From: Bacillota bacterium
GTDB taxonomy: Bacteria > Bacillota > Sulfobacillia > Fermentithermobacillales > Fermentithermobacillaceae
Assembly (NCBI GenBank): GCA_050952085.1
Contig: JBMNKH010000002.1
Span: 13,929 to 77,928, forward strand
DNA: 64,000 nt
Reading direction: 5' to 3'
The notes beneath the pieces were generated by a model, which saw nothing but the letters and a program-made list of their open reading frames with translations, was not told the DNA's origin and searched no databases. A program made the position numbers and the translations under genes. Below, in pieces: positions 29,533 through 37,869 of this stretch. The stretch's first letter is position 1. Every line of letters begins with the position of its first letter.

Positions 29533-30822
29533 GTGCCTGACTCCGGGGGTGGTGCTTTGCAGGCAGAGATACTTTCAATAGGTACTGAACTTTTGCTGGG
29601 TGAAATCGTAGACACTAACGCCCAATACGTCTCGTCAAGGTTGCGAGATATTGGGGTTAACGTATACAGGAGAGTGACAGTGGGGGACAACCCTGAGAGG
29701 CTTTTGTCCGCTTTCCAGGATTCCATAGGGCGGTCGGACATTGTGATAGCAACAGGAGGGTTGGGCCCCACTGATGATGATGTCACAGCCAGATGCCTCG
29801 CCTCAGCCCTTGGGCGCGGTCTATGCTTCGATGAGGATGCCTGGAACAGCATGCGCCAATCGTACCTCAGGCGCGGGCGGACCCTTGATGAGGGTAGCCT
29901 TTCAGCTAGAAAGCAGGCATTCATAGTAGAGGGCGGGTTCTTCATTCCAAACCCTGTGGGCACAGCTCCAGGCCAAGGCATTATGGTAGACGGTAAACTC
30001 ATCTTGTTGCTTCCAGGTCCTCCATCCGAAATGCGGCCTATGTTTGAAAACCACGCTATCCCACTTATCACCAAGTCATTTTCCAGCCTCACACCTATTT
30101 ATTGCGTGAACCTCAATATCGTAGGGCTGGGAGAATCACAAGTGGCTGAGGCATTGGCTGACCTGCTGGGAGGCTCGAATCCTACAGTAGCCCCATACGC
30201 AGACTCAGGCCAGGTAAGGCTCAGGATAGCTGCCCAGAGCGCCGATAAGAACGAGGCATTGTCTAGGATCTCAGGCGTGGAGAAGGAAGTGCGCCGGAGA
30301 CTGGGTCACCACGTTTACGGTAAGAACGAAGAAACTCTTGAGATGGCCATAGGCAGACTGCTTGCCAGAAGAGGCCTTACACTTGCTGTGGCTGAGTCTG
30401 TCACCGGTGGTTTGATCTGCCACCGGATAACGGGGGTTCCTGGCAGTTCCAAGTATTTCAAAATGGGTATGGTGGCATATCACCCTGAGGTCAAGATCTC
30501 AACCCTGGGGCTCCCGCCTGGCGTGGTACACCGGGAAGGATCCGTGAATGAAGAAGTGGCCTCCGGTATGGCTGAGAGTGTCCGGCTGCTTGCCGGCGCC
30601 ACCCTGGGCCTAGCTACTACAGGATTTGCAGGTCCTGACGGAGGTACTTGTAATGAACCTGTGGGTGCGGTATACATGGGGCTCAGCCATAAGAAAGCCG
30701 GCACAATCACAGAGAAAGCGATTTTCTCCGGCTCAAGAGACAGGATTAAGGTGTTTGCTGCGCAACGCGCCTTGTATCTCCTGTACCACTTTCTTATAGA
30801 GCCCGGCAAGAATAGGGGATAG
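29533..30822 (+). CDS. cinA: Competence/damage-inducible protein CinA (MoCF-like N-domain plus C-terminal NMN deamidase domain); the true start may be the TTG near 29560
   Basis: AEILSIGTELLLGEIVDTN CinA N-terminus and a CinA C-terminal domain (LAVAESVTGGLI). Confidence 0.85.
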   Translation: MPDSGGGALQAEILSIGTELLLGEIVDTNAQYVSSRLRDIGVNVYRRVTVGDNPERLLSAFQDSIGRSDIVIATGGLGPTDDDVTARCLASALGRGLCFDEDAWNSMRQSYLRRGRTLDEGSLSARKQAFIVEGGFFIPNPVGTAPGQGIMVDGKLILLLPGPPSEMRPMFENHAIPLITKSFSSLTPIYCVNLNIVGLGESQVAEALADLLGGSNPTVAPYADSGQVRLRIAAQSADKNEALSRISGVEKEVRRRLGHHVYGKNEETLEMAIGRLLARRGLTLAVAESVTGGLICHRITGVPGSSKYFKMGMVAYHPEVKISTLGLPPGVVHREGSVNEEVASGMAESVRLLAGATLGLATTGFAGPDGGTCNEPVGAVYMGLSHKKAGTITEKAIFSGSRDRIKVFAAQRALYLLYHFLIEPGKNRG

Positions 30823-30827
30823 TCCAG

Positions 30828-31427
30828 ATGGCGGCCGATAGTCTAAGAGGCTTTGTGTGTGTATCTCTTGCGCCAGAGGTTAGAGTGTTTCTAAGAGATT
30901 TCATGGCTGAGGCCAGGAAGTCGTTTCCGGCCTTCCGGTTCGTGCCAAGCGACAACCTTCACATCACCCTTGAGTTTCTGGGCAATGATGTTCCGAGGGC
31001 TACGGTTCCCAGGCTTCTTGAAGCTATAGGGGGATCGGTTGAAGACATCGATCCTTTTGACCTGTGTTTGGGATACGCATCGGCGTTTCCCCCTAAGGGG
31101 CTGCCAAGAGTCTTGTATGTAGGGACAGGGAAGGGAACTGACCGGCTTGTGCAACTTGCCCATAGTGTAAGGTCAGCTTTGCGCCCCCTTGGATTTGAGG
31201 CGGATAAGCCATTTCAGTCGCACATTACCCTGGCCAGAAGGAAGAGAGGGGTCCATCCTGCGGGGGCTCCTAATGAACGTGCCCTATGGAAAAAGGCGTT
31301 TTCCCGATGGTGCGATGCAAGCTTGTGCTGGCACGTCTCTGAAGTGCTTCTAATGGAGAGTACTTTGGCCCCTACAGGTGCTGTATACAGTGAACTGGGC
31401 CGGGTGGCATTGCCAGGGCGCCGGTGA
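30828..31427 (+). CDS. thpR: RNA 2',3'-cyclic phosphodiesterase (2H family, ThpR/LigT)
   Basis: Two HxT/S motifs: HITLEFLG and HITLARR. Confidence 0.8.
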   Translation: MAADSLRGFVCVSLAPEVRVFLRDFMAEARKSFPAFRFVPSDNLHITLEFLGNDVPRATVPRLLEAIGGSVEDIDPFDLCLGYASAFPPKGLPRVLYVGTGKGTDRLVQLAHSVRSALRPLGFEADKPFQSHITLARRKRGVHPAGAPNERALWKKAFSRWCDASLCWHVSEVLLMESTLAPTGAVYSELGRVALPGRR

Positions 31428-31518
31428 GGCGAGATTGCCCCTTGTTCTTCCTAATGTTATACTTTGTTTGGGAATAGACTGCCAGGGTTTGAGGCGACTC
31501 TAAGGAGTGAAATGCTAT

Positions 31519-32562
31519 ATGTTGGAAAAAGAAAAAGCTCTGGAGTTGGCCGTTGCTCAGATTGAAAAGCAGTTTGGCAAAGGGTCAATAATGAGATACG
31601 GCGATGCTCCTCAGAAGATGGCGGTGGAGGTTATACCAACCGGTGCCCTGGCGCTGGATGTTGCCCTTGGAGTAGGGGGCATTCCCCGCGGGCGTATAGT
31701 AGAGATTTACGGTCCTGAAGGCTCAGGCAAGACTACCGTAGCTTTACATATCGTTGCAGAAGCACAGAAGGCCGGGGGAATTGCCGCATTTATTGATGCT
31801 GAGCACGCTTTGGATCCGGTATATGCCAGCAACCTCGGCGTTGATATTGAAAATCTGCTTATTTCCCAGCCTGACACCGGAGAGCAGGCGCTTGAAATTG
31901 TAGAGGCTTTAGTTAGAAGCGGTGCGGTAGATTGCATCGTTGTAGACTCAGTGGCAGCTTTATCTCCCCGCGCTGAAATCGAAGGCGAAATGGGCGATGC
32001 CCACGTAGGACTTCAAGCACGGCTTATGTCCCAAGCTCTGAGGAAACTTACTGCCGTGGTGTCTAAGTCGAAGTCAACGGCGATTTTCATAAACCAAGTG
32101 CGGGAGAAAATAGGTATCATGTTTGGAAATCCTGAGGTTACCCCCGGCGGAAGAGCCCTGAAATTCTACTCTTCTGTAAGGCTGGACGTAAGGAGAATCG
32201 AGAACCTGAAGCAAGGCACTGAGACAATAGGTGCCAGAACCAGGATAAGGGTTGTGAAGAACAAGTTAGCCCCGCCTTTCAAGGAAGCTGAAGTAGACAT
32301 TATCTTCGGAGAGGGGATTTCCAAGGAAGGCTCTCTCTTGGATGTAGGCGTTGAGAAGGGTATCTTGACAAGGACGGGCACCTGGTATTCTTACGGGGAC
32401 ATCCGCCTTGGCCAGGGGAAAGAAAATGCCAGACAGTTTCTTAAGAACAATCCTGAAGTCAGCCAGGAGGTTGAAGCCAAGATTAGAGCCCTGCTAAACC
32501 CGGATAAGGCTGATACAGGAGATGCGGATGATGGCAAGTCCGGCAAACAGGGTAAGAAATAA
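31519..32562 (+). CDS. recA: Recombinase RecA
   Basis: [20 protein letters not shown]-terminus and Walker [16 protein letters not shown] lies 11 nt upstream of ATG 31519. Confidence 0.95.
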   Translation: MLEKEKALELAVAQIEKQFGKGSIMRYGDAPQKMAVEVIPTGALALDVALGVGGIPRGRIVEIYGPEGSGKTTVALHIVAEAQKAGGIAAFIDAEHALDPVYASNLGVDIENLLISQPDTGEQALEIVEALVRSGAVDCIVVDSVAALSPRAEIEGEMGDAHVGLQARLMSQALRKLTAVVSKSKSTAIFINQVREKIGIMFGNPEVTPGGRALKFYSSVRLDVRRIENLKQGTETIGARTRIRVVKNKLAPPFKEAEVDIIFGEGISKEGSLLDVGVEKGILTRTGTWYSYGDIRLGQGKENARQFLKNNPEVSQEVEAKIRALLNPDKADTGDADDGKSGKQGKK

Positions 32563-33022
32563 GACGCCGATGTATGCTGCCCTGAACATTTTGTCAAGGC
32601 GGCAAGTGAGCACAGGCCAAATGCGGTTTATGCTCTCGAAAAAAGGGTTTGCACCTGATGATATAAGGGAGTGTATCGGGAAACTTGAGGAATGGGGTTA
32701 TCTTAACGATGTGGTGCTTGCCAGGAATATCGTAGAAGCGATTATTCGTAATAGTCCATGCGGTAAGAAACGCTGCTTATACGAGCTCGAGAAACGACAA
32801 TTCGACAGGGATCTGGCAAAAACCGTGGTAGAAGAAGTATATTCTGAGTATGACGAACGGGAACTGGCACATGCTGCAGCTAAGCAGTATGCACGAAACA
32901 AGACCGAATGGACCAACAGAGATAAGGAACGCCTGGCCCGGTGGCTATATGGCCGTGGATTTACTCATTCAACCATATTCTCTGTAATCAGGACATTTGG
33001 CCAGGCAGGAGACTATGAGTAG
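32522..33022 (+). CDS. recX: RecA regulator RecX (start uncertain, possibly ATG 32570)
   Basis: It sits just 3' of recA, overlapping recA's end, and has RecX-like three-helix repeats ([20 protein letters not shown]...). Confidence 0.75.
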   Translation: MRMMASPANRVRNKTPMYAALNILSRRQVSTGQMRFMLSKKGFAPDDIRECIGKLEEWGYLNDVVLARNIVEAIIRNSPCGKKRCLYELEKRQFDRDLAKTVVEEVYSEYDERELAHAAAKQYARNKTEWTNRDKERLARWLYGRGFTHSTIFSVIRTFGQAGDYE

Positions 33023-33211
33023 CCGAACGAATGCTGGCTCTGCCTATGTTGATACCTGGGTACGTTTGTTGCGGAAGGATCCGGTAACTTGTGTTATGAC
33101 ACGTTAACAGATTGCGGCTGCGCAATCGTGTGAATATTTGCAATAATCTACACCATAACTTCCTGTTGCATATATAGGATCTTTACCAGGTAGACGGGGT
33201 TTTGACCAGTA

Positions 33212-33238
33212 AGCCGAGCGTGCTGCTCGGCTTTTTCC
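33212..33238 (+). terminator. Intrinsic terminator after recA-recX, located only about 8 nt before the rny RBS
   Basis: AGCCGAGC-GTGCT-GCTCGGCT followed by TTTTTCC. Confidence 0.6.
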
Positions 33239-33261
33239 ACTTGCAGAGGAGGTGACAGGAA

Positions 33262-34791
33262 ATGCAGTATGTCTGGTATGTTGTAATGCTTGTTCTGGGT
33301 GCCTCGATAGGATACTTGCTTCGCAGGATCATCGGCGAAGCCAAGATAGCATCTGCTGAAACTGAAGCTCAGAGGATATTGGATCAGGCCATAAAAACGG
33401 CCGAAACCAAGCACAGGGAGATTGTACTCGAAGCCAGGGACAATGCTCAAAAGCTCAGGGCTGAGCTTGACAAGGAGTCCAGAGAAAGACGTCTTGAACT
33501 GCAGCGGTTGGAACGCAGGCTTATTAACAAGGAAGAAGGTCTAGACCGGAGGCAGGAATCCCTGAGCCGGAAGGAAGAGTCCCTGTCACGGCAGGAAAAA
33601 TCACTTGCGCATAAACAGCGTGAACTTGAAGAATTGCACGAAATGTCCATCAAGGAACTTGAACGTATTTCAGGACTGTCGAGGGAAAGCGCTCGTGAGA
33701 GGATTCTCCAGGAAGTCAGGGAGACCCTTAAGGCAGAAACTGCGAGACTGATCAGGGATGCAGAAGATCAGGCAAAGGCAGAGGCTGAACGGAAGGCAAG
33801 GAGCATAATTGCCCTGGCTATTCAACGGTGTGCCGCCGACCATGTAGCAGAGAATACAGTGTCAGTAGTTGAACTCCCCAACGACGAGATGAAAGGCAGG
33901 ATTATCGGCAGGGAAGGCAGGAATATCCGTACCCTCGAAACTCTTACAGGTATTGAACTCATAATTGATGATACCCCTGAGGCAGTTATCCTGTCTGGCT
34001 TTGATCCTATCAGGCGGGAAGTGGCCAGGCTTGCCCTTGAAAGGCTTGTTGCTGACGGACGGATCCACCCGGCACGTATAGAGGAAATGGTGGAAAAGGC
34101 AGAAAAGGACGTAGAGGCAATCATAAAGCAAGAGGGCGAACAGGCAGCAATCCGTCTAAGCGTACACGGCCTTCACCCTGAACTCATAAAACTGCTGGGC
34201 AGGTTGAAGTTCAGGACGAGTTACGGCCAGAACGTGCTGAAACATTCGGTCGAGGTAGCTCAGCTAGCTGCAAACATGGCCGCAGAGATCGGTGCCGATG
34301 TGAATCTTGCCAAACGTGCAGGGCTCCTGCATGATATTGGGAAGGCAGTGGACCACGAAGTTGAAGGTTCTCACGTAGGCATCGGGGTCAATTTGCTCAA
34401 GAGGTACAGGGAGTCCCAGGGTGTAATCAAGGCCATCGAAGCTCACCACGGCGATGTAGAGCCTCAGACTGTCGAAGCTTTCCTGGTAGCTGCAGCAGAT
34501 GCTATATCCGCTGCACGTCCAGGTGCAAGAAGGGAAACCCTCGAGATGTATCTCAAACGGCTTGAGAAACTTGAGGAGATCGCCAATTCATTTGAAGGTG
34601 TAGAGAAGTCATACGCCATCCAGGCCGGCAGGGAGATCAGGATCATGGTCAAACCTGAGAGAATAGATGACCTGGGCGCAGTTACCCTTGTCCGGGATAT
34701 AGTCAACAGGATCGAGAAGGAACTGGAATATCCTGGTCAGATTAAGGTTACTGTGATCAGGGAAACAAGGGCTGTGGGTTACGCCAAGTAG
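33262..34791 (+). CDS. rny: Ribonuclease Y
   Basis: N-terminal TM, coiled-coil, KH domain ([12 protein letters not shown]) and HD domain (LLHDIGK). Confidence 0.9.
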   Translation: MQYVWYVVMLVLGASIGYLLRRIIGEAKIASAETEAQRILDQAIKTAETKHREIVLEARDNAQKLRAELDKESRERRLELQRLERRLINKEEGLDRRQESLSRKEESLSRQEKSLAHKQRELEELHEMSIKELERISGLSRESARERILQEVRETLKAETARLIRDAEDQAKAEAERKARSIIALAIQRCAADHVAENTVSVVELPNDEMKGRIIGREGRNIRTLETLTGIELIIDDTPEAVILSGFDPIRREVARLALERLVADGRIHPARIEEMVEKAEKDVEAIIKQEGEQAAIRLSVHGLHPELIKLLGRLKFRTSYGQNVLKHSVEVAQLAANMAAEIGADVNLAKRAGLLHDIGKAVDHEVEGSHVGIGVNLLKRYRESQGVIKAIEAHHGDVEPQTVEAFLVAAADAISAARPGARRETLEMYLKRLEKLEEIANSFEGVEKSYAIQAGREIRIMVKPERIDDLGAVTLVRDIVNRIEKELEYPGQIKVTVIRETRAVGYAK

Positions 34792-34823
34792 AAAATGCAG
34801 GGGCGCCGGTCCCGGCGCTCCTG

Positions 34824-35399
34824 ATGTCAAACACGGAGTATACAGCAATGTCTGAGAAGAAAGAGAACAGGGAGAACAAAACAACGCACACAAGAATGCA
34901 CAGTGGAGTATCTCACAACGAGATCGAAATACTTGCCGCACTGCTCGTGGCCTTTCCCCAGATATCAAGAGTCACTTTTGACCCGGAAAAGCGCATGCTA
35001 AGCATGGCGTTTTTGTGTGAAGGCCCAGTGAGCCAAGCTAAACGGAAGCAACTCCAATCGCTGTACCTTGACTCAATAGATGTCTACAGGGCGCTCACAA
35101 ACAAAGACATGAGTACGGTCAAGTGCTACTGGGAAACCATTGACCAGTTTCATTGTTTTCATGTGGAAAGGGACGTGGCTTCCCTATCTACTGCTGAATT
35201 GAACCTGACAGCAACTTTGATTGCCGGGCAAGTCCAGCTGGTTTCAGATACAGATGAACCCTTTGCCGGTGAAGCTGAGTTTTCCTGGTCTGCAAAACTG
35301 CTCTTGCAGGAGATGCTGGAGCGAATCCGTGAACTGGAATGTCCAAGAACCCTGGTTGCCCTACGTGAAGGCGAAAAAGTAATCGTATTCCATAAGTGA
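34824..35399 (+). CDS. Hypothetical protein inserted between rny and ymdB
   Basis: 191-aa ORF with no recognisable motif. It may start at the internal ATG 34848. Confidence 0.35.
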   Translation: MSNTEYTAMSEKKENRENKTTHTRMHSGVSHNEIEILAALLVAFPQISRVTFDPEKRMLSMAFLCEGPVSQAKRKQLQSLYLDSIDVYRALTNKDMSTVKCYWETIDQFHCFHVERDVASLSTAELNLTATLIAGQVQLVSDTDEPFAGEAEFSWSAKLLLQEMLERIRELECPRTLVALREGEKVIVFHK

Positions 35400-35408
35400 G
35401 GTATACTG

Positions 35409-36188
35409 ATGAATCTGCTCTTTATCGGAGACGTATTTGGTTCTCCAGGCCGTTCGTTCCTAAAGGCTATGCTCCCGGAACTTACTGAGAAGTACCAGAT
35501 CGATCTAACCATAGTAAATGGTGAGAACGCAGCAGGAGGAGCAGGCCTTACGGGGCCTGTGGCCCAAGAGTTGTTTTCCATGGGTGTAGATGTGATAACT
35601 TCGGGCAATCACATCTGGGATAAGAAAGAGATTTACCAGGTCATTGATGCTGAAGATAGGATCTTGCGACCCGCCAACTACCCGCCGGGTATCCCAGGTA
35701 AGGGATCAGGCATTTATACAGCCAGGGATGGTACGGCAGTAGGGATCATAAATGTGTGCGGCAGGGTATTTTCACCCCAGAGTTTCGACTGTCCTTTCAG
35801 GATCCTCGACGAGGAAATCGCAAGGCTAAGAGAGGTTACTCCAGTCGTGGTCGTAGACTTCCATGGGGAAGCGTCGTCCGAGAAAGTATCAGCCGGCTGG
35901 TATGTGGACGGAAGAGTCACTGCCCTTTTCGGGACGCATACCCATGTCCAGACCGCCGATGAGATCATCCTTCCCAAGGGCACAGCTTACATAACTGATG
36001 TAGGTATGACAGGCAGCTATGAAGGAGTTATCGGTGTCAAGCGAGAAGTAATAATAAAGAATTTTTTGGCGCAGTTGCCTGTCCGGCATGAGCCTGCTAA
36101 AGGAAAAAGGCAGTTATGCGCAGTGTACTGCGTCATAAACCCGTCAGGCAGAGCAGAGAGCATACAGCGTATCATGATCAGGGAATGA
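35409..36188 (+). CDS. ymdB: YmdB-like metallophosphoesterase (2',3'-cyclic-nucleotide phosphodiesterase, TIGR00282 family)
   Basis: MNLLFIGDVFGSPGR and GENAAGG motifs. Conserved position after rny. Confidence 0.85.
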   Translation: MNLLFIGDVFGSPGRSFLKAMLPELTEKYQIDLTIVNGENAAGGAGLTGPVAQELFSMGVDVITSGNHIWDKKEIYQVIDAEDRILRPANYPPGIPGKGSGIYTARDGTAVGIINVCGRVFSPQSFDCPFRILDEEIARLREVTPVVVVDFHGEASSEKVSAGWYVDGRVTALFGTHTHVQTADEIILPKGTAYITDVGMTGSYEGVIGVKREVIIKNFLAQLPVRHEPAKGKRQLCAVYCVINPSGRAESIQRIMIRE

Positions 36189-36246
36189 CAAGACCTTTCT
36201 GCCCAGGCCGGAACAAGCGATAGCTTCCAGAATCGGAAAATTCTAC

Positions 36247-36275
36247 TTGTCAAACGAGAGAATTGCCATTAGAAT
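36247..36275 (+). promoter_or_regulatory. Candidate promoter for spoVS (-35 TTGTCA, 17-nt spacer, -10 TAGAAT)
   Basis: Read directly from the sequence. Confidence 0.4.
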
Positions 36276-36351
36276 GGAAATACACCAAGATCCGGCAGTT
36301 TCATTGCTGTTTGCAGGCTGTTGACTGTCAGTTTAGCAGTATGGAGGGATA

Positions 36352-36657
36352 ATGTTGGGAGTAAGCAACATAGATCGGCGAGATACCACGTCTGTTGAAG
36401 TTCTCAAAGTTTCTTCCAAGTCAAGTCCCAATGCAGTCGCCGGTGCCCTGGCGGGTGTCATCAGGGAGAGGGGCTATGCCGAGATTCAAGGTATAGGCGC
36501 CGGTGCCATTAACCAGGCCATCAAAGCAGTGGCGATTGCACGGGGATTCGTAGCGCCAAGTGGAGTAGATCTCGTTTGTGTCCCGGCGTTTACTGACATC
36601 ACAATAGACGGACAGGAACGAACAGCTATCAAACTTATAGTAACCTCACGGAATTAA
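36352..36657 (+). CDS. spoVS: Stage V sporulation protein S
   Basis: EVLKVSSKSSPNAVAGALAGVIRERGYAEIQGIGAGAINQAIKAVAIARGFVAPSGVDLVCVPAFTDI is near-identical to the SpoVS family. It carries about 14 extra N-terminal residues relative to Bacillus. The start may be the TTG at 36355. Confidence 0.85.
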   Translation: MLGVSNIDRRDTTSVEVLKVSSKSSPNAVAGALAGVIRERGYAEIQGIGAGAINQAIKAVAIARGFVAPSGVDLVCVPAFTDITIDGQERTAIKLIVTSRN

Positions 36658-37596
36658 TTGAACCCAGATCAGTCTCAGTCGCAGCTTAATCAAAAATCTT
36701 ATGTGACTTCTCCGGCTGAAGGATGCTTTAGCCGCAGGGGTCTTTATTGTTTTTTTTGCGACCTTCACATCCATACTACTGCATCTGATGGCCACCTTAC
36801 ATCCGGTAATGTGGTTCAACACTCGCTTGCCTTGGGCCTAAGAGCTATTTCCATATGTGATCATGACACCATGTCAGGCTATCTGGAGCTTGCAGGCATG
36901 TACACACCAGGCAAGCTGGGGATAATCAATGTCAACGGCCTCGAGGTGGTTCCAGGCATAGAGATAAACAGCAAATGGGAGCAAAGAGAATTGCACATCC
37001 TGGGGTATTTCGTTGACCCCTTAAGCAGCGGGTTCTCACAGCTACTTTCGGGCCTCAGGGATTCCCGGCTCCAGAGGGTACACGCCATGGTAGGGAAACT
37101 TGCTTCCCTTGGCATGCCCCTTGAAATCTCCAGGGTGTTGGAACTGTCCCAGGGTGATTCAATCGGCCGCCCCCATATTGCTGAAGTGATGGTGGAGAAA
37201 GGCTATGTGTCAAGTATAAAAGAAGCTTTCAGTCTTTATCTCGGCATGGGAAAACCCGCATATGTAGACAGGCGGCATCTAACCCCGGCTCAATCAATAG
37301 CTGCAATACGTGCGGCAGGAGGTATTGCAGTGTGGGCGCATCCAGGGGTAACAGGCGCCGACTGGCTTCTCAATGAACTTATAGAGTCTGGCCTCCAAGG
37401 GATCGAAGTCTATCATCCTGAACACGACGATGAGGAGCAGCAGAAATACTTGGATATGGCGCGGGAAAACAGCTTGGCCGTTACCGGCGGCTCGGATTTC
37501 CATAGCATAACTTCGTCTGAAGGCGCAACCATAGGTGACTTCGGCATAACCTATGAAAACTTTGAAATCATGAAGCGTCTTGCGGCAGCACAATAA
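36658..37596 (+). CDS. PHP-domain phosphoesterase (TrpH/YciV-like); start uncertain
   Basis: DLHIHTTASDG PHP motif I and additional His-rich motifs. The 5' region contains a T8 homopolymer. Confidence 0.7.
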   Translation: MNPDQSQSQLNQKSYVTSPAEGCFSRRGLYCFFCDLHIHTTASDGHLTSGNVVQHSLALGLRAISICDHDTMSGYLELAGMYTPGKLGIINVNGLEVVPGIEINSKWEQRELHILGYFVDPLSSGFSQLLSGLRDSRLQRVHAMVGKLASLGMPLEISRVLELSQGDSIGRPHIAEVMVEKGYVSSIKEAFSLYLGMGKPAYVDRRHLTPAQSIAAIRAAGGIAVWAHPGVTGADWLLNELIESGLQGIEVYHPEHDDEEQQKYLDMARENSLAVTGGSDFHSITSSEGATIGDFGITYENFEIMKRLAAAQ

Positions 37597-37776
37597 TCAC
37601 TCCGGCACAAAGGGTGTTTCCGGATCATGGATTTCATCATGATATGGTTTCGGCTCCAAACTCAGCGCAGGCCGGCGTTTCCTTTTCCTTCGTTTAGGGC
37701 TCTTTTGGGCCTTTTTCGTTTCCTGGGTTTGCGATTCCGGTCGATGCACGGTTGGCACAGTGGGATCGTGTGACAT
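37597..37776 (-). CDS. Possible small, highly basic protein (KRRKRKRR tract)
   Basis: About 59 codons from ATG 37776. Weak RBS. Downstream of the acs stop on the same strand, after a CCGGGC/GCCCGG hairpin. Speculative. Confidence 0.2.
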   Translation of the reverse strand: MSHDPTVPTVHRPESQTQETKKAQKSPKRRKRKRRPALSLEPKPYHDEIHDPETPFVPE

Positions 37777-37869
37777 GTGGACTAGGCACAGACCTCCTTG
37801 GATGCTGATTGCAGGTAACCGGGCACATGGCCCGGCTACCCGCTGCAAACCTACTAATGGCCTACCTAC

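Noticed and set aside
37597-37776. Small acid-soluble spore protein (SASP)
   Set aside because: The composition is basic (KRRKRKRR) rather than acidic. It lacks the conserved SASP alpha/beta motifs. It is kept only as a speculative small ORF.
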